From the NCBI GenBank assembly GCA_963822945.1, contig CAWGJO010000020.1, positions 160,001-224,000 of the forward strand: DNA of 64,000 nt, given 5' to 3'. The notes under the pieces are model-generated. The model did no database searches and had not been told where the DNA came from. It was given only the letters and a program-made list of their open reading frames with translations. Shown piece after piece: positions 55,162 through 64,000 of this stretch. Positions within the stretch are counted from its first letter, which is position 1. The number at the start of each line of letters is the position of its first letter. This DNA is from an uncultured Gemmatimonadaceae bacterium (GTDB lineage: Bacteria; Gemmatimonadota; Gemmatimonadetes; Gemmatimonadales; Gemmatimonadaceae). Made by a program: the position numbers and the translations under genes.

Positions 55162-56666
55162 GCCACTGCCTCCGTGTTCTCGAGTCCGGTCATCATGCGG
55201 AGCAGCAGGTCCTGGTCGGCACGCTCACGTGACACCTCGCCGGTGATCCGTCCGGCGCGCAGCACGAGGATGCGCGACGACAGGTTCAGCAGCTCGGGCA
55301 GTTCGCTCGAGATGAGGATGATCCCGACGCCGTTGGACGCCAGGCGGTCGATCCAGGCGTGCAACTCCGCCTTGGCCCCGACATCGACGCCGCGGGTCGG
55401 TTCGTCGAGGATCAGCACCCGTGACTCGGCGGCCAGCCACTTGGCGAGCACCAGCTTCTGCTGGTTGCCACCCGAGAGCGACGACGTGCCGGCGTCGACG
55501 AGGTTGGCCCGCACCCCGAGCCGGTCGAAGTACGCGAGCGCGACCTCGCGCTCGCGCCGTCGCTGCACCCAGGTGTATCGCGCAAAGCGCTCGAGCGTGG
55601 GAAGCGTCGCGTTCTCCCGACAGACGAGCGACAACACCAGCCCCTGCCGCTTCCGATCCTCCGGCACGAACCCCAGCCCGAGGGCCATCGCCTGCCGCGG
55701 CGACCGGACCGTCACCGGCCGGCCGTCCACGAACACGCGGCCGGTGGCTTCGGGGTCGAGCCCGAACACCGCCTGCGCCACCTCCGACCGGCCGGCGCCG
55801 ACGAGCCCGGCGAGCCCCACCACCTCGCCCGCGCGCACCGTGAACGACACGTCGTCGAACCGCCCGGGATGCGAGAGCCCCTCCACGCGCAGCAGCTCGG
55901 CGCCCGCCTGCCGTCCCACATGCTCCGGGAAGTACTGGTCGAGCTTGCGGCCGATCATCGACTGGACGACGGCGTCCTCGGTGAGCGACGCGGTGGGCTG
56001 GGTGGACACGTGCCGTCCGTCGCGCAGCACGGTGACGGTGTCGCACAGGCGAAAGATCTCGTGCATGCGGTGCGACACGTAGAGGATGGTCACGCCGCCC
56101 GAGCGCAGCCGCTCGATGAGCGCGTACAACCGCACCGCGTCCGCCTCGGCCAGGCTGCTCGTCGGCTCGTCGAACACGATGACGCGGGCGCCGCTGCCCA
56201 CGGCCGCCGCGATCTGCACGCGCTGCTGCTCGGCCACGGTGAGATCGGCCACGCGCCGCGCCGGGTCGGTGGTGGCGCCGATGGCGGCCAGCAGGTCGCG
56301 GGCGCGCTGGTGCAGCGCCCGCCGCGAAACGAACGTGCGGCGCGCCGGCAGCGCGCTCAGACACAGGTTCTCGGCCACCGACATGTTCTCGCACAGCGCG
56401 AGTTCCTGGTGCACCATCACCACGCCGGCCTGCAACGCCTCGCGCGGGCTGCCGAACCGCACCTCCCGTCCATTCAGGATGATGCGCCCCTCGTCGGGCA
56501 ACATGAGCCCCGAGAGAATCTTGCCGAGCGTGCTCTTCCCCGCCCCGTTCTCGCCGCAGATGGCATGGCAGGACCCCGGGGCGACGTCGAACGAGACGTC
56601 GTCGAGCGCGGTGACGCCGGGAAAGCGCTTGGTGATGCCGGCGAAGCGGACGGCGGGCGTGGTCAT
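55158..56666 (-). CDS. Sugar ABC transporter ATP-binding protein (RbsA/AraG type)
   Basis: GENGAGKST, FDEPTSSL, LSGGNQQK, DEPTRGVDVGAK. Confidence 0.94.
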   Translation of the reverse strand: MTTPAVRFAGITKRFPGVTALDDVSFDVAPGSCHAICGENGAGKSTLGKILSGLMLPDEGRIILNGREVRFGSPREALQAGVVMVHQELALCENMSVAENLCLSALPARRTFVSRRALHQRARDLLAAIGATTDPARRVADLTVAEQQRVQIAAAVGSGARVIVFDEPTSSLAEADAVRLYALIERLRSGGVTILYVSHRMHEIFRLCDTVTVLRDGRHVSTQPTASLTEDAVVQSMIGRKLDQYFPEHVGRQAGAELLRVEGLSHPGRFDDVSFTVRAGEVVGLAGLVGAGRSEVAQAVFGLDPEATGRVFVDGRPVTVRSPRQAMALGLGFVPEDRKRQGLVLSLVCRENATLPTLERFARYTWVQRRREREVALAYFDRLGVRANLVDAGTSSLSGGNQQKLVLAKWLAAESRVLILDEPTRGVDVGAKAELHAWIDRLASNGVGIILISSELPELLNLSSRILVLRAGRITGEVSRERADQDLLLRMMTGLENTEAVA

Positions 56667-56672
56667 CGACCG

Positions 56673-57723
56673 CTAGTTCGGCAGCGCCAGGTACGTGGAG
56701 TCGACGTCGGTGAATCCCCACGCCTTCAACTGGCGCGCGTACGTGCCGAGGTTCTCCTTGCTCACGCGGATGAGATTCATCTGCACGTGCGCGGGAACTT
56801 GCTTGTGGAGCAACACGTGATCCACGATCGTGTTCACCGAGACGAACCCCCAGTCGTACGTGGGCTGGGCGAGCAGCACCGGCGCGATTCCCTTCTGGAT
56901 GTAGGCCAGCTGCTGCGGCAGTGCGTCGACCGACACGACCTTCACCTTGGCCGGGTCGAGCGTGGTCAGCAGTGCCTTGGTCCAGAGCGCCCAACCGCCG
57001 ATCATCGCCCATCCCTGGATGTTCGGATACGCGTTCATCGCCCGCATGACCTCGGCGGCCGCGTCCTGCGGCGTCTCCCGATGGTAGAAGGTGTTCAGGA
57101 TGTGGATCTTGGGGTACTTCTTGGCGGCGTCCTTCACTCCCTGCACGCGCATCTGCAGGTTGGGCGCATTCTGGTTCCCGGCCAGGATCGCGATGTCGCC
57201 GGCGCTGTCCATCTGGACGGCCAGTTCGTCCATCACCTGGCGGCCGATCGCCTCGTCGTCGCCGCCGTAGAAGGAGAAGCGCTTCGAGTTCGGCGCGTCG
57301 CTGTCGAACATCATCACGGGCACGCCGCGCGCCACGGCCGCGTTGATGGCGTCGGTCACCTTGTTGGCATCGCTGGTGGACATCAGGATCGCGTTGTCAC
57401 CGGCATCCACCGCCTGCGCCACGCGCTGGGCCTGCACCTGCGCATCCTCCTCGGGCGGCGTGAGCCAATCGATCTTGATCGGTGATGCCGAGCTTCTTGC
57501 TCTGCTCGGCGGCGGCCGCCTCCGCCCCGACGCGCCCCGAGAGGAACACCGGGTTCGTGGAACTCTTGGCGATCATCGCGATGGTGAACGTCTTGGGCAG
57601 CGAGCCACTGGCCGTGGCCGCGCTGGTGCCGCCGGCGGCGGGCTTGCCGGAACCACCGCACGCGGCGGCCCACGCCATCGCGGCCACGGGAGCAAGTCGG
57701 ACAATTCGAGAGAAGCGCGACAT
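56673..57723 (-). CDS. Sugar ABC substrate-binding lipoprotein, +1 frameshift near 57480 (probable assembly error)
   Basis: AAAC lipobox, IAMIAKSSTNPVF; continues IKIDWLTP...VMMFDSD in the next frame. Confidence 0.88.
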
Positions 57724-57746
57724 CGTGACTCCAGAGGTTGGCGCGG

Positions 57747-58892
57747 CTATGCGGGCCGCGAGGATTCCCGACCGGCACGGCGCGACAACAGCCGCGACCC
57801 GCCCTGGTCGATGACGACGGCGAGGATCATCGCGGTGCCGACGATGATCCATTCATAATTCTGATCCAGGTGGAGCGTGCGAATGGCCTGCCGGATGACG
57901 ACGATCAGCATGGCGCCGAGCATGGCGCTCACCGCGCTGCCCTTGCCGCCGATCAGGCTCGCCCCGCCGACGACGGCCGACGCGATCACGTACAGCTCGT
58001 ACCCACTCGCGTCGGACGACGTCGAGGACCCGTAGTAGCCGGCCCCGAGAAAGGCGGCGATCCCCGCCGTCAGTCCCGAGAGCACGAACACGCCGAGGGT
58101 GACGCGCTTGACGTTGAGGCCCGCGTACCGGCTCGCTTCGGCGTTTCCGCCGATGGCGAACACGTGCCGCCCCATCACCGTCCGCGACAGATACACGGCG
58201 CCCAGAGCCGTGACGACGAACATCACCAGCATCGGCACCGGGTAGAGTCCCTCGGCCAGGCCGAGCGGCGCGCGGACGATGTTCGTGAGCGGACCGGGAA
58301 GGAGGATGCTCTCGGCGTGGCTCGTCACGAAGGCGAGTCCGCGCAGGATCCACATCGTGCCCAACGTGATGATGAACGAATGGACATTGAGCCCGATCAC
58401 CATGAGCCCATTGGCCAGGCCGCAGAGCAGGCTGACGGCCAGGCAGGTGCCGAGTCCCAGCAGCAGCGTCGGCACCGGGCCCATGGGGCCGGCCGCGCGC
58501 AGCACCATGGCCATCGTCACGCCCGAGAGGGCGTAGATCGCGCCCACCGAGAGGTCGATGCCCCCGGCGATGATGACGATCGTCGCGCCGACGGCCATGA
58601 TCGCGAACCCGCTCGCGTCGGTGGCCATCTGCAGAAACGTGTACTTGTTGAGAAAGTTGTTGACCGTCCGTCCGGTCAGCGGATCCACGTGCGAGCCCGC
58701 CGTGAACGTGAGCACGATGCAGAGCGCCAGGAGCACGCCGACCAGGCCCACCTGGGGCGAACGGAGCACGGCGCGCACCCACGGGCGGCCCCTCGTGGAC
58801 GGGGCCGGAACGGCGCTGGTGGAATCGCCGGGTGCAGCGGAGTCGGAAGCGGCGGGGGGTGCGTCGGGTGTCAGTTGGCGATCTGGCGGCAC
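57747..58892 (-). CDS. Sugar ABC transporter permease (RbsC type)
   Basis: GGIDLSVG, FIITLG, IGGNAEAS, GYELYVIASAVVGG; exact start uncertain. Confidence 0.92.
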   Translation of the reverse strand: MPPDRQLTPDAPPAASDSAAPGDSTSAVPAPSTRGRPWVRAVLRSPQVGLVGVLLALCIVLTFTAGSHVDPLTGRTVNNFLNKYTFLQMATDASGFAIMAVGATIVIIAGGIDLSVGAIYALSGVTMAMVLRAAGPMGPVPTLLLGLGTCLAVSLLCGLANGLMVIGLNVHSFIITLGTMWILRGLAFVTSHAESILLPGPLTNIVRAPLGLAEGLYPVPMLVMFVVTALGAVYLSRTVMGRHVFAIGGNAEASRYAGLNVKRVTLGVFVLSGLTAGIAAFLGAGYYGSSTSSDASGYELYVIASAVVGGASLIGGKGSAVSAMLGAMLIVVIRQAIRTLHLDQNYEWIIVGTAMILAVVIDQGGSRLLSRRAGRESSRPA

Positions 58893-58920
58893 TTCCGGTG
58901 TGGTGAGGGACTGCGCAGAG

Positions 58921-58942
58921 CGTAAACGCTTGCAACGTTACG
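58921..58942. promoter_or_regulatory. LacI/GalR-type operator-like palindrome in the divergent gap
   Basis: cGTAAACGCTTGCa overlapping tGCAACGTTACg; resembles TGNAANCGNTTNCA. Confidence 0.5.
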
Positions 58943-59041
58943 CCCAGCGTGCAGGGGTGTCAACGCGATTCGCGACCGCTCTTCCCGGGGGCAACTTCGA
59001 TCCGTAATCTCTACCCGCATTCTCCACTTCCCGAGCCCGTC

Positions 59042-60548
59042 ATGCCTCTCCATCAGATTCAGACCAAGACCACCGCGCGCAACGCCGCCAAGCGCGCCGC
59101 CGCTGCGAAACGTGCCGCCGCCAAGCGCGCCACGCCCCGGCCCAAGCCGCTCACCGTCGGGTTGCTGGTCGGCAACCGCGGATTCTTTCCCGGTCACCTG
59201 GCGCGCGAAGGCCGTGACCAGATGATGGCCGTGCTCAAGGACGAGGGATTCGACGTCGTCGCGCTCGGCGTGAATGCCACTCGGTACGGAGCCGTCGAAA
59301 GCCGCGACGAGGCGAAGGCGTGCGCCGAACTCTTCCGGAAGCACCGCGACACGATTGCCGGCGTGATCGTTACCCTGCCCAACTTCGGCGACGAGCGCGG
59401 CGTGGCCGAGACGCTGCGGATGGCGGGACTCGACGTCCCGGTGCTGATCCACGCCGCCGCCGACGACCCCAAGCGCATGCTCATCGACAACCGGCGCGAC
59501 GCCTTCTGCGGCAAGATGTCGGTGTGCAACGTGCTCACCCAGTACGGCATTCCCTATTCGCTGACCACGCTGCACACCGTGGCGCCGGCCGCCGACAGCT
59601 TTCGCAGGGATCTGCGGCGCTTTGCCGGCGTCTGCCGCGTGGTGAAGGGTCTGCGCACGGCGCGCATCGGCGCCATCGGCGCCCGGCCCGCCGCCTTCAA
59701 GACCGTTCGCTACAGCGAGAAGATCCTCGAGGCGCAGGGCATCGCCGTCGAACCGATCGACCTCTCGGAGATCCTGGGCCGTGTGAACCGGCTGCGCGAC
59801 AGCGACCGGGCCGTGAAGCGCAAGCTGCAGCAGATGCACGCCTACGTGGACACGGCGGGCGTTCCCGACGCGGCGCTGCTCAAGATGGCCAAGCTCGGCG
59901 CCGTGGTGGACGGCTGGATGACGGAGGCCGACGTCACGGTGAGTGCCGTGCAGTGCTGGACGTCGCTCGAGGAATTCTTCGGCGTCGTGCCGTGCACGCT
60001 GATGAGCATGATGAGCGACGACCTGCTGCCCAGCGCCTGCGAGGTGGACGTGTGCGGCACGGTGAGCATGTACGCGCTCGCACTCGCCGTCGCAAACGCC
60101 GGCCGCGCTGCTCGACTGGAACAACAACTACGGCGACGATCCCGACAAGGCGGTGTGCTTCCACTGCAGCAACCTGCCCAAGTCGTTCTTCGAGAGCGAG
60201 CGGATGGACTACCAGGAGATCATCGCCGGCACCGTGGGACGCGAGAATACCTACGGCACCATCGTCGGCAAGGTGAGAGCCGGCCCGATGACGTTCGCGC
60301 GCTTCTCCACCGACGACCGCAGTGGGCGCATGCGCGGCTACGTCGGCGAGGGACGGTTCACCAAAGACCCGCTCAAGACCTTCGGCGGGGCCGGCGTGGT
60401 GGAGATCCCCCAACTGCAACCGCTGCTCCGCTACATCTGCGAGAACGGGTTCGAGCACCACGTCGCCGCGACGTTCGACACCGTCGCGGACGTGCTGCAC
60501 GAAGCCACCACCCGCTACCTGGGGTGGGACACGCTGCGCCACCGGTAG
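59042..60548 (+). CDS. L-fucose/L-arabinose isomerase family protein, +1 frameshift near 60089 (probable assembly error)
   Basis: LPNFGDE, RRDAFCGK, AVQCW, ACEVD; continues LLDWNNN...FHCSN...GFEHH. Confidence 0.85.
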
Positions 60549-60553
60549 CCGCC

Positions 60554-62131
60554 ATGGCACTCGTCGCCGGCGTCGATTTCGGCACGCAGAGCGTCCGCGT
60601 CGCGATCGTCGACAGCGTGAAGGGACCGGTGGGCGCCGGCGTGGCCGAGTACCCGGTGATCCGGAATGCGGCCGACCCCGACTTCGCCACGCAGTCGCAC
60701 GCGGCCCACATGGACGCGCTGGCCACCGCCACGCGCCTCGCCCTCGCCGAGGCGGGCGTCCCGGGCGACGCCATCCGGTCGATCGCGCTCGACACGACGG
60801 GCTCGACGGTGATCCCGGTGGACGATCGGCTGCAGCCGCTGGACGACTACTACCTGTGGTGCGACCACCGTGCCAAGGACGAGGCCGCGCTGATCACCGA
60901 GGTGGCGCACCGCGAGCGCCTGCCGGCCATCGAGTATTGCGGCGGGGTGTATTCGTCGGAGTGGGGATTCGCCAAGCTGCTCCACTGGCTGCGCCACAAC
61001 CCCGACAAGCGTGCCCGGTTCGCGACGGCGCTCGAGCACTGCGACATGGTAGCGGCCACGCTCTGCGGCGAGACCGATCCGCGCCACGTGGCGCGCAGCG
61101 TGTGCGCCATGGGACACAAGTGGCTCTGGAACGCCGAGCTGGGCGGCCTGCCGGGCGAGGAGTTCCTGGTCGCGGTGGACCCGCTGCTCGCCGGCGTGCG
61201 TGACAAGCTCGACGGACGGTATCTCACCTCGGATCAGATCGCCGGACACCTGGCGCCCGAGTGGGCGGCGAAGCTCGGCCTCCGCGCCGGCATCCCGATT
61301 CCGGTCGGCGCGTTCGACGCGCACTGGGACGCGCTGGGCGCCGGCGTGGCCGAGGGCGACGTGGTGAACGTCGTCGGCACCTCAACCTGCATCGTCGCCG
61401 TCGGCCGCGAGACGGGGTGCATTCCCGGTCTGTGCGGCGTGGTGCGCGGATCCGTGGATCCGCAGCTGGTGGGCATTGAGGCTGGACTGTCGGCGGTGGG
61501 CGACGTGTTCGAGGCCATCGCACGGCGTGCCGGCTCGTCCGTGCACGAGCTGTCGGCCGGACTCGACGACTACCGCGCCGGACAGACCGGACTGCTGCGT
61601 CTGGTGTGGGACAACGGCGACCGCACCGTGCTGGTGAACGCCCGGCTGGGCGGGGTGACGCTCGGCTGGAACCTGCAGCACACGCCGGCGGACGAGCTGT
61701 TCGCGGCCATCGAGGGCACGGCGTTCCACACGCGCATCGTGCTCGAACGGATGGCGGAATTCGGCACGCCCATCGAGCGCGTGATTCAGGCGGGTGGCAT
61801 CCCGCAGAAGAATCCGGTGCTCAACCAGGTGTACGCGAACGTGATGGAGAAGCCGATGCTGGTGCCCGAGCGGCCGATCACGAGCCTCGGTTCGGCGCTG
61901 TTCGCGTTCCTGGCGGCCGGCGTCTTCCCGTCGATCGCCGACGCGCAGCGCGCGCTCTGCCCGCCCTATCGCGAGGTGAAACCCGACCCGGCAACGCGCG
62001 AGACGTACGAGCGCCTGTACGCGATGTACCGGTCGTTGTACTTCGGCCTCGGCTCGCCCGACTCGGCGCCGGTGGCGCTGGGCGACGTGCTTCCGGCGCT
62101 ACGCGAGATCGCCGCTCAGCGCTGGCCGTAG
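60554..62131 (+). CDS. araB: Ribulokinase (FGGY family)
   Basis: GVDFGTQSVR, LWCDH, GGVYSSEW, CAMGHK, FDAH, GTSTC. Confidence 0.88.
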   Translation: MALVAGVDFGTQSVRVAIVDSVKGPVGAGVAEYPVIRNAADPDFATQSHAAHMDALATATRLALAEAGVPGDAIRSIALDTTGSTVIPVDDRLQPLDDYYLWCDHRAKDEAALITEVAHRERLPAIEYCGGVYSSEWGFAKLLHWLRHNPDKRARFATALEHCDMVAATLCGETDPRHVARSVCAMGHKWLWNAELGGLPGEEFLVAVDPLLAGVRDKLDGRYLTSDQIAGHLAPEWAAKLGLRAGIPIPVGAFDAHWDALGAGVAEGDVVNVVGTSTCIVAVGRETGCIPGLCGVVRGSVDPQLVGIEAGLSAVGDVFEAIARRAGSSVHELSAGLDDYRAGQTGLLRLVWDNGDRTVLVNARLGGVTLGWNLQHTPADELFAAIEGTAFHTRIVLERMAEFGTPIERVIQAGGIPQKNPVLNQVYANVMEKPMLVPERPITSLGSALFAFLAAGVFPSIADAQRALCPPYREVKPDPATRETYERLYAMYRSLYFGLGSPDSAPVALGDVLPALREIAAQRWP

Positions 62132-62805
62132 TAGGCGTCGGGACCGTGCTTGCGAAGGAAGTGCTTGTCGTGCAGCGCCTGATCGATGGCCTCGGCGCCG
62201 GCCTCGATGGCCAGCGTGTGGTACGCCATGCTCGCCACCTCTTCGAGCACCGACGCCGTGTGCACCGCCGACTCCACCGTCGGCCCCCAGCAGAAGCTCG
62301 CGTGGCTGGCCACCAGCACCGCTGGCATCGCCGTGGGATCGAGCCCCCGGAACCGGCGCACGATCACCTCGCCGGTGTTCGCTTCGTAATCCACCGCGAT
62401 CTCGTGCGGCGTGAGCGGGTCGGTGACGGGGATCGGGCCGTGGAAGTAATCGGCATGCGTGGTACCGAAGCAGGGAATCTCGCGCCGTGCCTGCGCCCAC
62501 GCGGTGGCAAAGTGCGAATGCGTGTGCACGATTCCCCCCACGGCATGGAAAGCGCGGTACAGGACCAGGTGCGTGGGCAGATCGGACGACGGGCGGAGCG
62601 AGCCTTCGACGATCTTCCCCTCGAGATCGGTGACCACCAGGTCGTCGGCGCGCATGGCGTCGTACGCCACGCCGCTCGGTTTGATCACCACCAGCCCGCG
62701 TTCCCGGTCGACGGCGCTGGCGTTGCCGAACGTGAACGGCGCCAGCCCGCGGTCGCCGAGGGCGCGGTTGGCTTCGAGCACGGCGGTACGGAGTGATTCG
62801 AGCAT
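62116..62805 (-). CDS. araD: L-ribulose-5-phosphate 4-epimerase
   Basis: FGNAS, IKPSGV, PSSDLPTH, HTHS, GTTHADYF, KHFLRKHG..AYYGQ. Confidence 0.93.
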   Translation of the reverse strand: MLESLRTAVLEANRALGDRGLAPFTFGNASAVDRERGLVVIKPSGVAYDAMRADDLVVTDLEGKIVEGSLRPSSDLPTHLVLYRAFHAVGGIVHTHSHFATAWAQARREIPCFGTTHADYFHGPIPVTDPLTPHEIAVDYEANTGEVIVRRFRGLDPTAMPAVLVASHASFCWGPTVESAVHTASVLEEVASMAYHTLAIEAGAEAIDQALHDKHFLRKHGPDAYYGQR

Positions 62806-62874
62806 GATGTGACCGGCGACCGGGTGATGGGACTCTGGGAAATTGGGGACGGCGGCGCCGGACGCAACCCGCGT

Positions 62875-64000
62875 CTACGCTGCGCGCGTCCACCTCGCAA
62901 TCACGGTGGCCACGGCAAGATCCACCGACACGTTGGTCACGGTCCGCAGCGCGTCGGGAATCGCGTCCACGGCGAGCAGGATGCCGATGCCCTCGGCGGG
63001 AATCCCGGCGGCGAGGAATACGGGCAGTTGGGTCCACGCCCCGTTGGGCACGCCCGGCACGCCGAAGCTCGTGAATACCGAGATCGCGATCACCGGAATC
63101 ATGCGCGCCGCGCCGAGATGGATGCCGTACACGCGCGCAATGAAGATCGCCCCGGTCACCGAGGCGATCGGGGCCGCCACCTTGAGCATGGCCGTGGCCA
63201 GCGGCAGTACGAGCCCGCTCACCTCTGCCGGCAGTTCCAGGTCCTCCTCGGCGGCGCGCATGAGCGACGGAAGCGAGGCCAGGGACGATCGCGATCCGAA
63301 CGCGATGGCCTGCGGCGCCGCGAGCGCGCGGGTAAAGCGGCGGATCGGCGTTCCGCCGAGAGCGACGGCGAGCACGTACGCGCCGGCGGTGACGATGGCG
63401 CAGAGCAGCACGACCACGAGCATGTACCCGGCCAGCGACCGCAGCACGTCGATGCCGATGCGGGTGGCCACCGGCAGGATCAGCGCGAACACGCCGATCG
63501 GGCCTACCTTGAGCACCCACTCCACGATCACCAACAGCGCGTCGGACACGGCGCGACAGAACGCCACGATCGACGAGCGCTGATCGGGCTTGATGCGGGT
63601 GGTGGCGAAGCCGAACAGCAGCGAGAAGACGATGAGGCCGAGCATCGCGCCGTCGGCCGCGGCCTTCACCGGATTCTGCGGCACGATGCTGACCACCAGC
63701 GACGTCAGCGACGGCTGCTGCGCCGCGGCCGCAGCCGCGGCCGGCGGCACGGGAATTCCACCCTTCGACACGATGAGCGCGAGCAGGCCGGGACTGAGCA
63801 GCGCGCAGAGCACCGCGCTGGCCGTCACCACGCCGATGAACATGCCGAAGGTGCCGGTGGCGCCGCGCACGGCGTTCTGCTGCTCCGCCGACGATGCGGC
63901 GGCCACGATCACGTTGACCACCACGAGCGGCACGACCGTCATCAGAATGGCGTTCACCCAGATGGTGCCGAGCGGCGCGACGATCGAGACGGCCCGGTCG
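62875..64000 (-). CDS. Dicarboxylate/amino acid:cation symporter (DAACS), 5' end outside the window
   Basis: PLGTIWVNAILMTVVPL, AFGSRSSLASLP, GVPG, PDALRTVTNV. Confidence 0.88.
   Translation of the reverse strand, partial: DRAVSIVAPLGTIWVNAILMTVVPLVVVNVIVAAASSAEQQNAVRGATGTFGMFIGVVTASAVLCALLSPGLLALIVSKGGIPVPPAAAAAAAQQPSLTSLVVSIVPQNPVKAAADGAMLGLIVFSLLFGFATTRIKPDQRSSIVAFCRAVSDALLVIVEWVLKVGPIGVFALILPVATRIGIDVLRSLAGYMLVVVLLCAIVTAGAYVLAVALGGTPIRRFTRALAAPQAIAFGSRSSLASLPSLMRAAEEDLELPAEVSGLVLPLATAMLKVAAPIASVTGAIFIARVYGIHLGAARMIPVIAISVFTSFGVPGVPNGAWTQLPVFLAAGIPAEGIGILLAVDAIPDALRTVTNVSVDLAVATVIARWTRAA

Noticed and set aside
58949..62131. 1060-aa isomerase-ribulokinase fusion ORF
   Set aside because: Artefact of the +1 base at 60089; the true isomerase C-terminus is in another frame, stops at 60548, and the kinase starts at 60554
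47768..64000. Integrated island at tRNA-Pro
   Set aside because: No integrase, no duplicated tRNA 3' end seen, and no obvious composition shift within the window

Overview
GC-rich bacterial chromosome segment. The gene set and protein style suggest Gemmatimonadota (inference, not verified). 1-47.9 kb is mostly core genome: a peptide ABC transporter and POT transporter, an Omp85-like protein with a PspA-like protein, peptidases, a GT2/DUF3108/deoxyhypusine-synthase-like trio, lipA-pdhABC-lpdA-lipB, a UvrD helicase, dnaE-accA-ricT-metG, TPM/nucleotidyltransferase/LemA, dsbA-waaA, an F1-only atpAGDC operon, a four-helix-bundle protein, a sigma70-family factor and five tRNAs. 48-64 kb is a galactose/arabinose utilisation locus with two large unassigned glycoside-hydrolase-like proteins. 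Main non-obvious signals: (1) seven intergenic, correctly oriented copies of an ECF-sigma-type promoter, G(A/G)AAC-N16/17-CGTA, in front of envelope-stress-type genes and the sigma factor gene, i.e. a candidate regulon and sigma cascade; (2) a CIRCE-like element before an uncharacterised gene; (3) a 16-bp intergenic tandem-repeat family at two loci, plus 7- and 8-bp arrays; (4) five +1 frameshifts that can all be read as an extra base at a codon third position, most likely consensus artefacts. No CRISPR array, integrase or transposase was seen.
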